Source: Cyanophora paradoxa CCMP329
Lineage: Eukaryota; Plantae; Glaucophyta
Reading direction: 5' to 3'
NCBI GenBank assembly: GCA_004431415.1
Contig: QPMI01000195.1
Location: 1 to 64,000, forward strand
Length of the DNA stretch: 64,000 nt
The first letter of the stretch is position 1. Each line of letters opens with the position of its first letter. The translations under genes and the position numbers were made by a program. The notes under the pieces are model-generated. The model had not been told where the DNA came from, did no database searches, and worked only from the letters and a program-made list of their open reading frames with translations. Below are positions 43,601-58,302 of this stretch, one piece after another.

Positions 43601-45993
43601 ATCTGCTATCCAACTCTGCCGCACCCCTCTCCCATTATTCCTCCGCTCCCTCTCTCGCTGACGTGCCGGACGAACGTTCAGCCGAACGACGTGTTCTACG
43701 ACGAGGGGCGCATGATCATCGGCGGCTGGCCCGTCGAGAACGTCGACTACCGGTACCCCCCCCTCGCCTCGCCCTCCCCTCCTCGGCCCCCTCGGCTCAT
43801 TCGAGCCGCGAACGAACGCGCGCGAACGAAGGTACGACAAGAGCCACCGGCAGCTGACGGTGAGCAACATTCTGGAGCGTTCGTCCAACGTAGGTCCGTG
43901 TAAACTCGAACGCGCTCAGCGCTCTATCTTTCTCTCCGGGGCGCGGCTAGAGGGGACGGCGCCGCCTTCCCCGCCTTGATCCCCTTCCCCTCCCCCTCCC
44001 TCGCAGGCATGGTCCACATCATGCAGCGAATCGCCCCCAAGGTCCCCGTTCTTCCCCTCTTCTAATCTAAAGCTGAAGCTGAAGCTTTATTTCTCTACCC
44101 TTCTCCTCAGATGTACCACAAGTGGCTCGGCAAGCTCGGCATCGGCGCCGACATGAAGACCGACCTCCCGGGCTTCTCCGGCAGGCGCGCTGCATCCCCG
44201 TACCCCCCTCCCTTCCGTTCCCCCTTGACTTACGGGTTTTTGCCGCAGCTCCGTGAAGCCCATACCCATCTTCGCTCGCTACGCCATCGAGCCGGCGACC
44301 GCCGCCTTCGGACAGGCATACACCCCCTTTTCTTCATTTTCTCTCCCCCTCTGAGCGTCCGGCGGTGCCGCAGGGGTTCTCCCTTACCCCTCTCAAGCTG
44401 GTCCAGCTCCACGCGGCCCTCGCGAACGGGGGTACACTCGTTCAGCCCCGCGGTGCGTGCGGGCCCCGGCGCCGCCACTTCGCCTCTCCCCGCCCCCGCC
44501 CCCCTCATTTTTCGGCGCAGCGGTCGCGGGCCTCGTGGACGACCAGGGGAATACGGTGTGGGAGCCCCCGCGGATGGTATGCGCCCTCCTGCTCCCCCCC
44601 CCCCCAAGAAAAACAATGATTGTGATCCGCGCCCGCAGCCGGAGCAGCGCATCTTCTCTCAAGAGACCGCAAACACCGTGCGTCACGTACCCCTCCCGCC
44701 GCGTCGGCGGCAGTCCCCAACAGCGCGCTATTTTTAGGTCGTCGGGTTCATGGAGAAGGTCGTTGAGCGCGGCACCGGGCGGCCCTGCCAGGTACCCCCT
44801 CTCCTCCCCTCCGTCTTCCTATTCCCGTACCCGTCCGCGGGAGCCGATGCGGGATCGGCCAGATCCACGGGTACAGAATCGCCGGCAAGACGGGTACGGC
44901 GCAGAAGGCCAGCCCGGGGGGCCGCTACAGGTGCCCCCCTCCCCGCCCCCCATCCTCATATCGCCGCTTTTGCTGACCGTACCCCCCTCGCAGCGCCTAC
45001 GTCACGAGCTTCGTGTCGATCTACCCCGCGGACAAGCCGCGGTGCGCGCCTCCTCACTCACCCCCCCGCGCCCCCCCGCCTCTCTTCCCTCGCCGAGCCT
45101 CGCCTCGCCTCGCCTCGCGGCCCAGGTACGTGCTGATGTGCATGGTGGACGAGCCCGTCGGAAGGGACGCCTTCGGCTCGACCGTCGCCATCCCCGTCGT
45201 GAAGGCCACCCTCCAGACCCTCATCAACCTCGGTACCCCCCGCCCGCCCAGCGGCCGGGCGCCCCGCCCCCCTCCGATCCGACCGCCTCGCCCGCAGAGA
45301 GCGACGCGCCGGTGCAGAATCTGGGTCCCGACGCCAAGATGGTGAGGGAGGTCGAGGCCAAGGTGCTCGATGCGGCCCAGAAGGTGGCGTACCCCCCCTC
45401 GAATTGCCTATCGATCCGGGCGCGGCGTCACCTCCTCTCCGCAGATCCCGTCGCCGGACGGGTACGACCCGCTGAAGCCCGGCTCCAAGCCGCCCCCGCT
45501 GCCGGTACCCCCCTCGTCGGTCCGGTTCCCCCAGGAGCCTGCCATCGGGGGTACCGTGAACGGCGGGCCCAACCCCCCCGTGGGCGTGTACGGCACGCGC
45601 GCCCGCATCGCGCCGGACAGCGTACCCCCGCCGCTGCCGACCCCCCCGACGGGCCCCAACCCGGCCCAGAGCCGGGGTGCCCAGAGTGCCGGCCCCCGAC
45701 CCCCCGTCTCCGCCCCCGCTCCACGGGCCCCGGCCGCCCTGCCCCCCCGGCTTCCCGCTCCGGGCTCATCCGCGCCTAGGCCCCCGGCCGCTGTGGGCGC
45801 CCTGCCTCGCCCGGCTGCTGGACCCCCGCCGCAGCGCGGCCCGCCGCTGCCCCGCCGCGCCCCGCCGGCGCTCCGCCCCGCCCGGTCGCTGGCCCCTCGC
45901 CCGCCGGGGCGTCCCCGCCGCAGCGCCCAGCAGCCCAGGCTAAGCCTGCGGCGGGCGCGCAGCCCAAGCGCCCGTAGTCTCGCCCCAATATAA
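40693..45993 (+). CDS. ftsI: Nuclear-encoded class B penicillin-binding protein (FtsI/PBP3-type peptidoglycan transpeptidase), multi-exon
   Basis: TM helix FRIFCVMMITFVGAVFVLM, PRRTITD, RVYP, GQAGIE, DLRLQRAA, SxxK in EP|GSTFK (~43480), SxN in ERSSNV (~43880), KTG in IAGKTGTAQK (~44885). The true start may be MMGFLAPAP at 40765 (Phe-type transit peptide). Confidence 0.9.
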
Positions 45994-46690
45994 GCTTCAG
46001 CTCTGGTGCGCGAGCCGCTCGTCGAGTCGTCGACTATATGGCCAGTGGGTTTCCAGGTCCACGTCCGATACCGACTGCCCGCGCCGCGGCGCAGCGCTCG
46101 CGCTGTTTGCGTACGACACTCCAGTCTGTAGCTGGCCCGGCCCGGGGGCCTAGGCCTGGACTGGAAAACCCTGCAGCTGGCCGGGGGCCCTTGTAATCGG
46201 ATTGTCAGATCAAAAAGATTGGATTGCCATATGCATTTTGACCCGGCGGCCCTTATAATTAGACAACGCGAACGAGACTCGAGGCCCGCTGGCCATGGCC
46301 GGCCCATGCAGTCTGAGCACTGCGGCCCCCGGCAGCTGAGCCCGGCCCGGCCCGCCGGGCCGCGGCCGGGGTTAGGTCTACGCGAGGCCGAGGGAGGGGA
46401 GCTCGAGCGACTACCGTAGTCAGTGCCACGGTGCTAGTCACTGTCACTGATTCAGTGACTCCTGAGTCCTGATCGGATCACTGAGTACCCGAGCAAGCTT
46501 AAAGACTTCAAGCCTAATCAAAGGGGAAACTTGAAATAGAAGCCAATTGCAAGAGATAATTATATAAGTGCACGTGGACGATGCAGTCATCAATCAGTCA
46601 ACTTGGTAAGCTCCAATGTACCAATGTCGAATGTCGGGCGGCTGGAAGCCCGGCGGAACGCGCCACTGGAACCTCCCTCCTCCCGATATA

Positions 46691-47388
46691 ATGAATTCGC
46701 ACACGCCGAGACAAATGGCTAGAGATATAACTGAGGTGTCCATCTGTGTCAAGTCGAGAGATGAGCCTACGGGACTAAGCCTTTCGGACATCGGACCGGG
46801 TGGAGCTCGGATGTGGATCCGGAAAACTGGAACCTCCCTCCTCCCGACCGCGGCTGCCCGACCCGGTCCTCCCCCGCGCCGTCCTTTCCCGCCGCCCAAC
46901 GTCGCCCCATGCCGTGCCCTCCTCCCTGCCCCCGTCCCCCCTTCCCCCGACCAATCTTCCCCGATGCTCTGAACCCGGCGGCTCCACCAGGCTTGCTCTC
47001 GAGCTCGCACGAGCGAGCCCCCGACCCGACCCGCCGTGCCGACGACACGGCGGGCCGTACTCTAGCGTGTACAGAGTGGCTAGATTATAGTGCGCCTTCT
47101 CGGAGGCCCTAGCTTACTAGGCATAGCGCGAGCTACAGCTGCAGCTCACTTCGCTGCCCACCTCTGATTTCTACTCTCGTCCCTGGGTAGTCATCCCCTC
47201 TCCCGCGTAGGATCTTTCCTGTGCTGCAGATCTAGAATTAGCCCCCGGGGTAGCTTCTCCAGCCACATCCGAGCTCCACCCGGTCCGATGTCCGAAAGGC
47301 TTAGTCCCGTAGGCTCATCTCTCGACTTGACACAGATGGACACCTCAGTTATATCTCTAGCCATTTGTCTCGGTGTGTGCGAATTCAT
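46691..47388. repeat. 126-bp inverted repeat pair (46691-46816 and 47263-47388)
   Basis: The arms are reverse complements with one mismatch seen. The left arm is bracketed by a 22-bp direct repeat ACTGGAACCTCCCTCCTCCCGA (46665-46686, 46826-46847). Confidence 0.9.
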
Positions 47389-47780
47389 CAAAGCACTGGA
47401 TTACACTGATTATTTCTACACTAGTACTGAAAAGCATCTCCTGAATTGCGCTGAATAAGATTCATTTCAAATACAGCAACTTGCAATTGACGATCGCGAG
47501 GGTAAGGCTTTCATTCTTCAAGAACTCTGTACCCCAACCCCGCCTCTGCAGTTCCTCTAGTACTTGAGAGTCTGCAGCTGCAGCACATGCGACCGGCTCA
47601 CCCGGGCCTAGATCGACCGGCGATGGCCGCGAGTAGAGCAGCTGTATAGCTACAGCCACAAGTAGCGACTGAGCTAGCTCGAAGCTAGCTGCGCGATCGG
47701 CGCATCGGTTGAACTCGGCACGCGACGAGCACGCGCGCGCTTTCGGCGCGACTTCTCGGGTTGGGCGGCCAGGCGTGCAG

Positions 47781-48832
47781 ATGGGTTGCGTGCAATCTCC
47801 CGGACATGGTAGCGCCGGGGGCGCCTCTGGCGGCAGTAGCCAGCCTCCGCCAGCTGCAGTCCCGGCCGCGGAGGAGAAAGTTGATGCTCGGATGGCCTTG
47901 ACGCTGAAAGGTGTAGCCATGGCCCACTTAAGCGAAGGCAAAACAGAGCAAGCACGCGGCTATTACGAGGTGCGCGGGCCCAGGCAACTGCCTGATCCGC
48001 GCGCGCGCGTGCCGTTATCCGGAGCCCGTCCTGGCTTATCCAGCGGCCGCGACACCTGATAACTTCCTTTCGAGCATGTAACACGCTAACTGAGCTGTCT
48101 GCACGCCTCAGCGGGCGCTGGAGATCCAGGAAAAGGTCTTCGGGGCAGATCACCCGGAGACCGCCTCCACGTTGCTTCTGCTCGCGGATGTGAATAAGCA
48201 AGACGGAAAGTACGACGAGGCCGAAGTCTTTTACAAGGCGAGCCGTGCTGCCGCCCCGCGCTCGCCCGGCCCCGGATCCGCGCCCCCGGATTAAGCGTTC
48301 GCTGGCCGCTTCGCGGTGACGCTGCGCGTCGTGTATCGCGACCTGTCCGCTTCGCTGAAACCGCGCCGCGCAGCGTTGTATTGATATCAGGAGAGCGAAG
48401 CTCGGTATGGCGAACCTGGACACGGCGGGAGCCATCAACGACCTAGGAGGTATGGCTCGGAATTTGATCTGAGCGGGACTCGACCTAAGCGGCCTGCGCT
48501 GCGCCGCGCACGCTTCGCAGAGCTATACCTTGTGATGGGGAGGTACCCCGAGGCGGAACCCCTGTTCATCGTGCGCGCGCCCCGGCCCGGCCGCGGCTCT
48601 CGTCAACGTTTCCGCGCCTGATGCGATGATCGCGATCGCCCGCCCGCCCGCCCGCCCGCCCGCCCCGCAGGAGTCCCGGACAATCACAGCCGAGCACTCG
48701 AAGAACATCTCGCGGGCGATGTCGCGGGACGACTCGGCCGTCGCCGCCCGCGGCTCGCTCGTCGCCGAGTCCGGCTCCGGCGTGCTCGACCCGGGCCAGG
48801 CCGCGAGCAGGCGGAGCTCGGCCGCCCCGTAG
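47781..48832 (+). CDS. Small kinesin-light-chain-type TPR protein with N-terminal MGC acylation motif, 5 exons
   Basis: MGCVQS..; YYE|RALEIQEKVFGADHPETASTL..GKYDEAEVFYK|RCIDIRRAKLG..TAGAINDLG|ELYLVMGRYPEAEPLF. Confidence 0.8.
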
Positions 48833-50236
48833 CCCCCGGCCCCGGCCCCGCCTCCGAGCCCCCCGTGCCCATCCCCCCTCCCCCCCCCCCCTCGGGCGCC
48901 CCCCCCCCCTTCCCCCCTTCCCCCCCCCCCCCCGGCACGCCTCGGTCCAGCACCCCAGCGAGGGCCCCCTCACCCCCCCCCCTCCCTCCCGCCACGGTTC
49001 GGCCGAGCCGCTGCCAAGCTGGAAACAGCGGCGCGTGGCGAGGGGGCCAAACCCCTTCCTGCCTGGTCGGACCTATCCAAGGGAATCCCCCCGCATCCCC
49101 GACTTCCCCCCCCCCCCCCCCCGGCTTTTGCCCCACTTCTGTTTTCCCCCTCCAACCCCCCTCCCCCCCTCCCCCAGCTCTCCGCTTCGCCGCGGCGGCG
49201 CGGAGCGCGCCACGCCCCTGCCCTGCCCCTCTCCTCCCCCTCGATCTACCCACGCGCCCCGCCCTTCGCTTCGGATCTAGCCGCTATGCGCGTACGCATG
49301 CCCCGGAACGCCTTCCCCTAGTACTAGGCTGTTTCCGCGCCTCTTTCCCCGCCCCCGCAGTTTATTCTCGCATTTGTAGCTATGATCCCGATACGCAATT
49401 TCGCGTATTTCCGGCGGAGTTTCAATGCCCCAGGCCCTCCCTACTCGGTCCGCAGCCAAGATAGTCTCCGGTCCGACGGTCCGTTTTTATAATTAATTGA
49501 ATCTTGCAGTGTATGGTTTCGCGGTCAATTGCAGTTTAATAGGAAATTCTGATTTAGGTAATTAGAGCAGACACGGGCTACAGTGAGTGCCATCGTCTCG
49601 CCTCAGGGCTCAGCAAGCTACGTATACTCCAATTGTAGCTTGGCCCTCAGGTTGTTTTATAATTTATTTGTTGGATTCAAAACCAAAATTAAATCCAGAT
49701 CTAGATCTAGAGCGCCAGGCGCCGGTCGCGTCAACGTCGACGTCGCTGTGCGCGCACGGCAGAATGCAAATTCTGCAATTGCAATTGGCGGGGCTAGCGC
49801 TGTTCAAACTATATGTATTCATGATCATCAATATCCGGTTTCAAGCTGCCAGGCTGCAGGCTGCAGGATTTCGGAATCAATTTGCAACGGGGAAGCTGAA
49901 GTCCGGATCCGAGCATGAGCATGCACCGTGGCACGAATTCAATGATTCGAATTAATATTCGGGGTGCTCCCGAGTCCGGTAGCGCGTTGTTCATTTAGTT
50001 TACGGTACAGTTAGTTACAGTTGGGCTTTGATATATTATAACGTTGCAATTGCAATTGACTGATTTAACAGCATGCCGGCGCCATTCCGGACGTCACGGC
50101 GTGTTTTTAGGCGGGGAGCGCTAACACGGTCACAGCCTGGGTTTTCGCCAAGTGTAATAGCTATAGTGACCCACTCGTTTGAACAGGACAGCCCATGCCC
50201 AGCTGCAGCTGCAGTGAAGCATATAAATCTGTGACT

Positions 50237-50283
50237 CGGTGATAGCCGCGGTGATAGCCGCGGTGATAGCCGCGGTGATAGCC
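50237..50283. repeat. 12-bp minisatellite (CGGTGATAGCCG) x~4
   Basis: Read directly from the sequence. Confidence 0.85.
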
Positions 50284-50583
50284 AATGGGTGGCGCCAAGC
50301 CAAGTCCCAGATCTGATCATGATCAGGTCTCTGTCTGTCCCAGTTGGGCGGGGGGGCCGCATTGATCAATGAATTCGAATTGCAACACGACACGACTTAT
50401 TAGGTGTAGCGTTTGGCTACTTAGAGCTCTCTATGCATGCTCATTCATTCGCGATCGGCCCGGCGGCCGCGCGGGGGCTCGACGGTTGTGTGGTCCGGAT
50501 TCGAAATTCGATAATCTATAATAGCTAAACCTATAGCTAGCTGCAGAGCTGCCCGGCCACGGCGGCTACTACGCTGGCTAGTG

Positions 50584-53528
<2,945 letters not shown>

Positions 53529-54139
53529 GGCAAAGAGGGGGGGACGATCGGGCTCAGAGAAGCGTACCCTGCGAAGAACAAAGCCCCAAAGGGCCAGGGG
53601 CTGCCAATAGCCGACGCCAGCGCCAAGGGAGCGCGCCGAAGACCATGTGCGAGCGCAGCTGAACGGACTAGATCCAGAGCAAGCCGGCACGCGCGCCGGA
53701 TCCCGCAACGCATACTGGGCTCCGAGCTGTCGGCAGCGATGGATTCCGATGGCGGGGCGGGGAGCTCGACTGATCGCCCCGGCACGGGCGATCGCAAGAA
53801 GTTGCGGAGGTGCCGGAGACCCGTTCGGTCCGCTCCCGAAGCCCTTGCGTGGTTTTGACCGGCGCGTTGCTGTTTGCGCAGCCGCGAGTCATCCAAGCGC
53901 TTTCGTGAGAAGGTGGCGCCGCCTGATGCACGCCCGCCTGTAACCGCTGAGCAGCCCGTAGAAGAAAGCCCTCGAGAAGACGCTGACAGAAGAGAATATT
54001 GCGCTCCGCGACGTGCGCCGCCCCTTGAACAGGCCTTTTCGCGATCCACGCTTGACACTCGCGCTGGGTCCAGGCGCTTGAGGCGGCCCGGAAGTCGCTC
54101 AGCGGGACGCACCTCGACGCGAGCCAGCACTACGAGCGG

Positions 54140-55896
54140 ATGACGGCGAGCATGGTGCGAGCGGCCGCCCCCGAGCGCAGCAAGCGAGCGAAGAAGAACG
54201 CCGCGCGACCGCTCGCTCCTCGGCAGCGGGCGGCCGTGGAGCACCTGCAGGGCCGGCTCAACACGGCCATCGTCGCGAGCATCACGGACGTCGTGCAGGC
54301 GCGGCTCAGCGCCGAGGCCACCACGGCGCAGACGATACGCAACCTGCAGTCCATCATCCCGCCCATTGCTTTCAGCGTGCGCGCACCCGGCATCATCGCG
54401 CCCTGCGCTCGCTTGAACGCGAGTCGAATTCGGATGCGCAGGAGATCTCCATGTACGTTCAGCTCAAGTGCCTGGACCTGATGCGGAGCCCAGTCGGTCC
54501 GCGCAGCCCTCCGCGGCATCCTCGGCCGAGCGCGCCCGCTCACGTGCGCGCAGAGCCGACGGACCCGTTCCTGCACGCGCTGTACGACTGCATCTACGAC
54601 AACCGGCAGCGGGGCGGCCCGATGCGGCCCGAGCAGCTCAAGAAGAGCCTCGAGCTGAACGCCCCGCACGAGGGGCGGCTCCGCGAGCACCTCGCCAACA
54701 AGCGCCGCCTCCGCAGTGCGCCATACCCCCCTCGCCTTCCCCCTCACGAGGCCGACCGCGTACCCCCCCCATCCTTCCGACAGTGCTGCTGGAGGAGGTG
54801 GTGGTGCGGCCCGCGTACCCCCTTCTGAGCTTTCCGTTCGTCCAACCGGCGCCCGCCCGCGCAGGCCCTGAGCCCGAAGATTGACGAGGGAGACCGCTGG
54901 TACCGTGAAGAGGTACCTCTCCCCCCGGCACTCGCGTACCCGCCTCCAGCGTCGAACCGCGTACCCCCTCCCCGCCGCCGCAGATCGAGCCGATCACCAT
55001 CCGCACGATGGACCCCGACCAGCTCGCGTGCGCGCGTACCCCCTCCCCGTCGGGGACCCCGTGCCCCGGGGTGCCTTGACGACGGTGTACCCCCCTCAGG
55101 GCGCGGTTCCAGTGGTTCCAGGACCACATGGACCTCCTGCAGGATGAGGTGATCGGGCACCGCATCGCCTCCTGCGAATCCGGTATCCCCGGGGCCTCGA
55201 GTTCGGCCCCCTCCCCGAGCACCGGTACCGCCCCCTCGCCGGCTGCGCCCGGGCCGGGGCCGCTCCAGCCGAGCCCCGCGCCGCGCGCCGGGAGCCCTCC
55301 CGCGCGGGGCGCCTCCTCGGGGGCCTCCCCGCCCGGCCCCCGCCGGCCCCGGCCACACAATCCTCCTCCTCCTCCTCCTCCGCCCCTTCTGCTGGTGCCG
55401 CCGCCGCCTCCTCCTCCTCCGCCGCCACCGGCCCCGCCCCCGCCGTCGCCGGCGCCGCCCCTTCCGCCGCAAGAGGACCTCGGGCGAGGCGCCCCCCCGC
55501 CCGCCCGCCCCCAGGCCCGTCGGGCCGGGCCCCGCGCGCGCCCCGCCCCCCCGGATCCGCCATACCCCCGACACACTCCGCGACCTCATCCGTGACGCCG
55601 TTTCGAAGGAGGCGCGCCCGTACCCCCTCCCTCCCCTCCCCTCGCCGCCCGCTCGCGTGCCCGTGGCCCGATCGCGCTCGCTCACGTACCCCCCGCAGCT
55701 GGCCGCGCTGCTACGGGAGCCCACACTCTTCGAGGGCATCCCGCTACCCCCCCTCGCTGCTCCCCACTGGTCCCCCCCCGCGTCCAACCTCCCCCCGCCC
55801 GTTTTTCCCGAGCCCGTGCTGCCCGCGCCCGCACCCGACCTCCCCGAGGAGTACGACGGCGTCCCCGGGGGGGTACCGACCATCCCGTTCTCCTAG
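54140..55896 (+). CDS. Hypothetical protein (helical N-terminal domain plus Pro-rich tail), ~8 exons
   Basis: Phase-consistent exon chain: ..IPPIAFS|EISMYVQLKCLDLM..|PTDPFLHALYDCIYDN..|LLEEVV|ALSPKIDEGDRWYREE|IEPITIR..|RFQWFQDHMDLLQ. The Pro-rich exon probably contains a homopolymer frameshift. Confidence 0.6.
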
Positions 55897-56708
55897 CAGC
55901 GCGCCGTGAGCTTGCGCTTTCTGTAAGAGCGTCGTGGTCAACGGGCGAAACTTTGTAGATTGCGTAGCTCGAGATCTAGAGCAGGCCTGGCACGGACCGT
56001 AATGGACGGGCCGCCCTAGGTCTGGGCCCTAGGACGTCATGGCATTCGGCCCAGTGCAGGAGCACGAAAGGTCCCCCCAGTGCAGGAGCACGCAAGCTTA
56101 AGGTCCCCCCTTCGTCCTCCGCAAGGAGCACGGGAGCCATACCCGCGCGCCCTGCCTCCTAGCCTCTCCTAGCCTCCTCTTCTATAGCAAATGCAATTTT
56201 GCAAGAATTCCCTTCCCCGGACCCCGCAGCGGCGTGCACGAGCACCGGCCCCGACGAGCGCGCGCCGCAGCGGGCCCATTATATATATTTAAATTACACG
56301 CACAAGACGTTGAGACTGCGCATGCAGCTTTACTAAACCAAACATGCATATGTATACGTATATACGTACACTACAATTAGGCTCACCGGCACCCGCCGCG
56401 TCAGCAGCAGGCCGCAGCTCGTCCCGGGGCCTGGCCCAGTGGTGCGGCGGATCGTACGATGGTCATGTACCCCAGTCAGTCATCTCGCTGTACCCGTCGA
56501 GCCGCCGGGCCGTACCGTGGCTCCCCATACAGCCCGCCTCACCCCTCGGGGTAATCCTGCGTGCAGCACACGGGTCGGGAGCACAGCCAGGCACGTGCAC
56601 CAAATTCAATTCATCATAAAACAATATTTCGAAAACTTGCATAAACTACCTTAGCCGAGCTCGAGGGTGCTTCAGGTTGAAATGAAAGGCAAATCACGTG
56701 CAAAAAGC

Positions 56709-58236
56709 TCAGGAGGGGACGAGGCGGCGCGGGCCGCGGCCCGGGACCGGCGGCTTGGCGGGGGCGGCGACGGGGGCGGCGGCGAGCGGGTTGGCGGCCG
56801 GGCCCGTCTTGAGGATGGAGGGGTACAGCTCCTCCAGGAGGGCCGCCTCCGTCAGCTCCGAGGCCGCACGCACCTCCAGCTGCGGGGGTGCTGGCTCGGT
56901 CGGAGGGGGTACAGGAAACGCGGGAGCGAGGGGGGTACGCACGGTCTTGGAGACGGGGAGGCCGGCGGCCTCGACGGCCTCCAGGGCGGACGATTTGGCG
57001 GTCGAGTGGACCATCCGCAGCCGCGGCGGGGCGCCCTCCGGGCAGTAGAAGACGAACACTGCGTACCCCCCCAGCGCCTCAAACGAAGCGATGGAGAGGG
57101 GGGGGGGGAAGAGATGTGGGTACGCTCACGGGTGGCGGAGGCGGCGGCGCCGGCGCGGCGGTGCTCGAAGCGGTGGACGAGGAAGCGAGGCTCGTTCTCC
57201 GGCAGCCGCTCCCCCGCCAGACCGCCCTGCGCAGGGGTACGACGAGATTTAGGGGGGGGGAGGGAGGGAGAAGGGGGGCTGGCGGAGCGCACGGGGGGTA
57301 CGGTCCGCGCGGGACCCGCCGCCTCGAGCCGCTCGCCCGCGCGCACAGTCTGCGGGGGACGGGCTTTAGAGGGGTACGGGGGTTGAATCGAAGGGTACGC
57401 ACGAGCTCGAGGAGGTTGGCGCGGGCCTCCGCGAGGGCCGCCAGCTGCTCCCGCAGCTCCGGTGCCGCCTACCGACGGCTCAGGGGGTACGGGGTCGCGG
57501 CGGGGGGTACGGGGCCGACCTGAACGGCGACGCGGTGGAGGTAGGTCTGGCGGGCGCCCGGGGGCGGCGCGGCGGCCTCTGACGCGTCGGCGAGCTGCAG
57601 CCGCTCGAGCGCCGTCAGCGGCTTCTCCGCGCGATCCGCGCGCTGCCGCTCCTCGAACGCGGCCAAGCTGAGCTCGTCCTGCGGCGCGTGCGGGCGGCTC
57701 GGCGCGGTTCGTACGAACGCGGCGGTCCGTACGAACGCGGCGGTCCGAGGGGCGGCGGCGCGCACGCGGCTGCTGATAAAGACGTCCTCAAACTGGGCGC
57801 CGAGCTCCTTCTTCAGCGACTCGCGGCTGCTGCTGTGCAGCATCTTGTCCTTGACGCCGCAGCCCTCCGGCTGACCGGAGCACATGAACCGCAGGCGAGC
57901 AGGGCGCGCATCGAGGGCATACCACGTAGCTGATGAACATCCACGGAGAGCGCTCGCGCCCGCCATCGCCGCGCAGCAGAATGTAGCAGCAGCTTGGCGT
58001 GTCGGGCAGGAGCGATGTTACAGCGGGGAAGTCCGCTTGCAGGCTCCCCGACAAGGGCACGCTTGCCGTCTCTTCCGCGGCGTTCGATACGACCTGCACG
58101 CGAAGGGCGCGCTTCGATGGATCCTGCTGCTCGGCGCCCCAGACATCCGCCAGGGCGGGCGACGCTGCCGCGCGGTCAGCGCAAGTGTGCAAATGGCGCG
58201 CACGGGCAGCGGACCCCGCACGCCGCTGCGGAGCAT
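56709..58236 (-). CDS. Twinfilin-like actin-binding protein (two ADF-H domains)
   Basis: MLRSGVR|ASPAL.., PSCCYILLR..WMFISYV|PEGCGVKDKMLHSSSRESLKKELG, linker KPLTALE, second domain FVFYCPEGAPPRLRMVHSTAK, C-terminal tail KPPVPGRGPRRL. Confidence 0.85.
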
Positions 58237-58302
58237 CGATGTGCTCGCTTGCTGCCTCTACCCCCAAAAGTCCGCTCCGCCGGCGGCTCCGGCGACCTCG
58301 AA
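58237..58302. promoter_or_regulatory. 66-bp spacer between the divergent twinfilin and USP start codons; probable bidirectional promoter or overlapping 5' UTRs
   Basis: ATG(-) at 58236 and ATG(+) at 58303, as inferred from the gene models. Confidence 0.45.

Noticed and set aside
40693-45993. ftsI as bacterial contamination or a recent bacterial insert
   Set aside because: It has more than 20 spliceosomal introns in the host style and is contiguous with SEC61A and RUVBL1.
46691-46816. Hammerhead ribozyme within the inverted-repeat arm
   Set aside because: No CUGANGA core paired with GAAA on either strand.
56370-56660. Second CACTA element starting at CACTACAA
   Set aside because: No matching TAGTG end, TIR or TSD was found.
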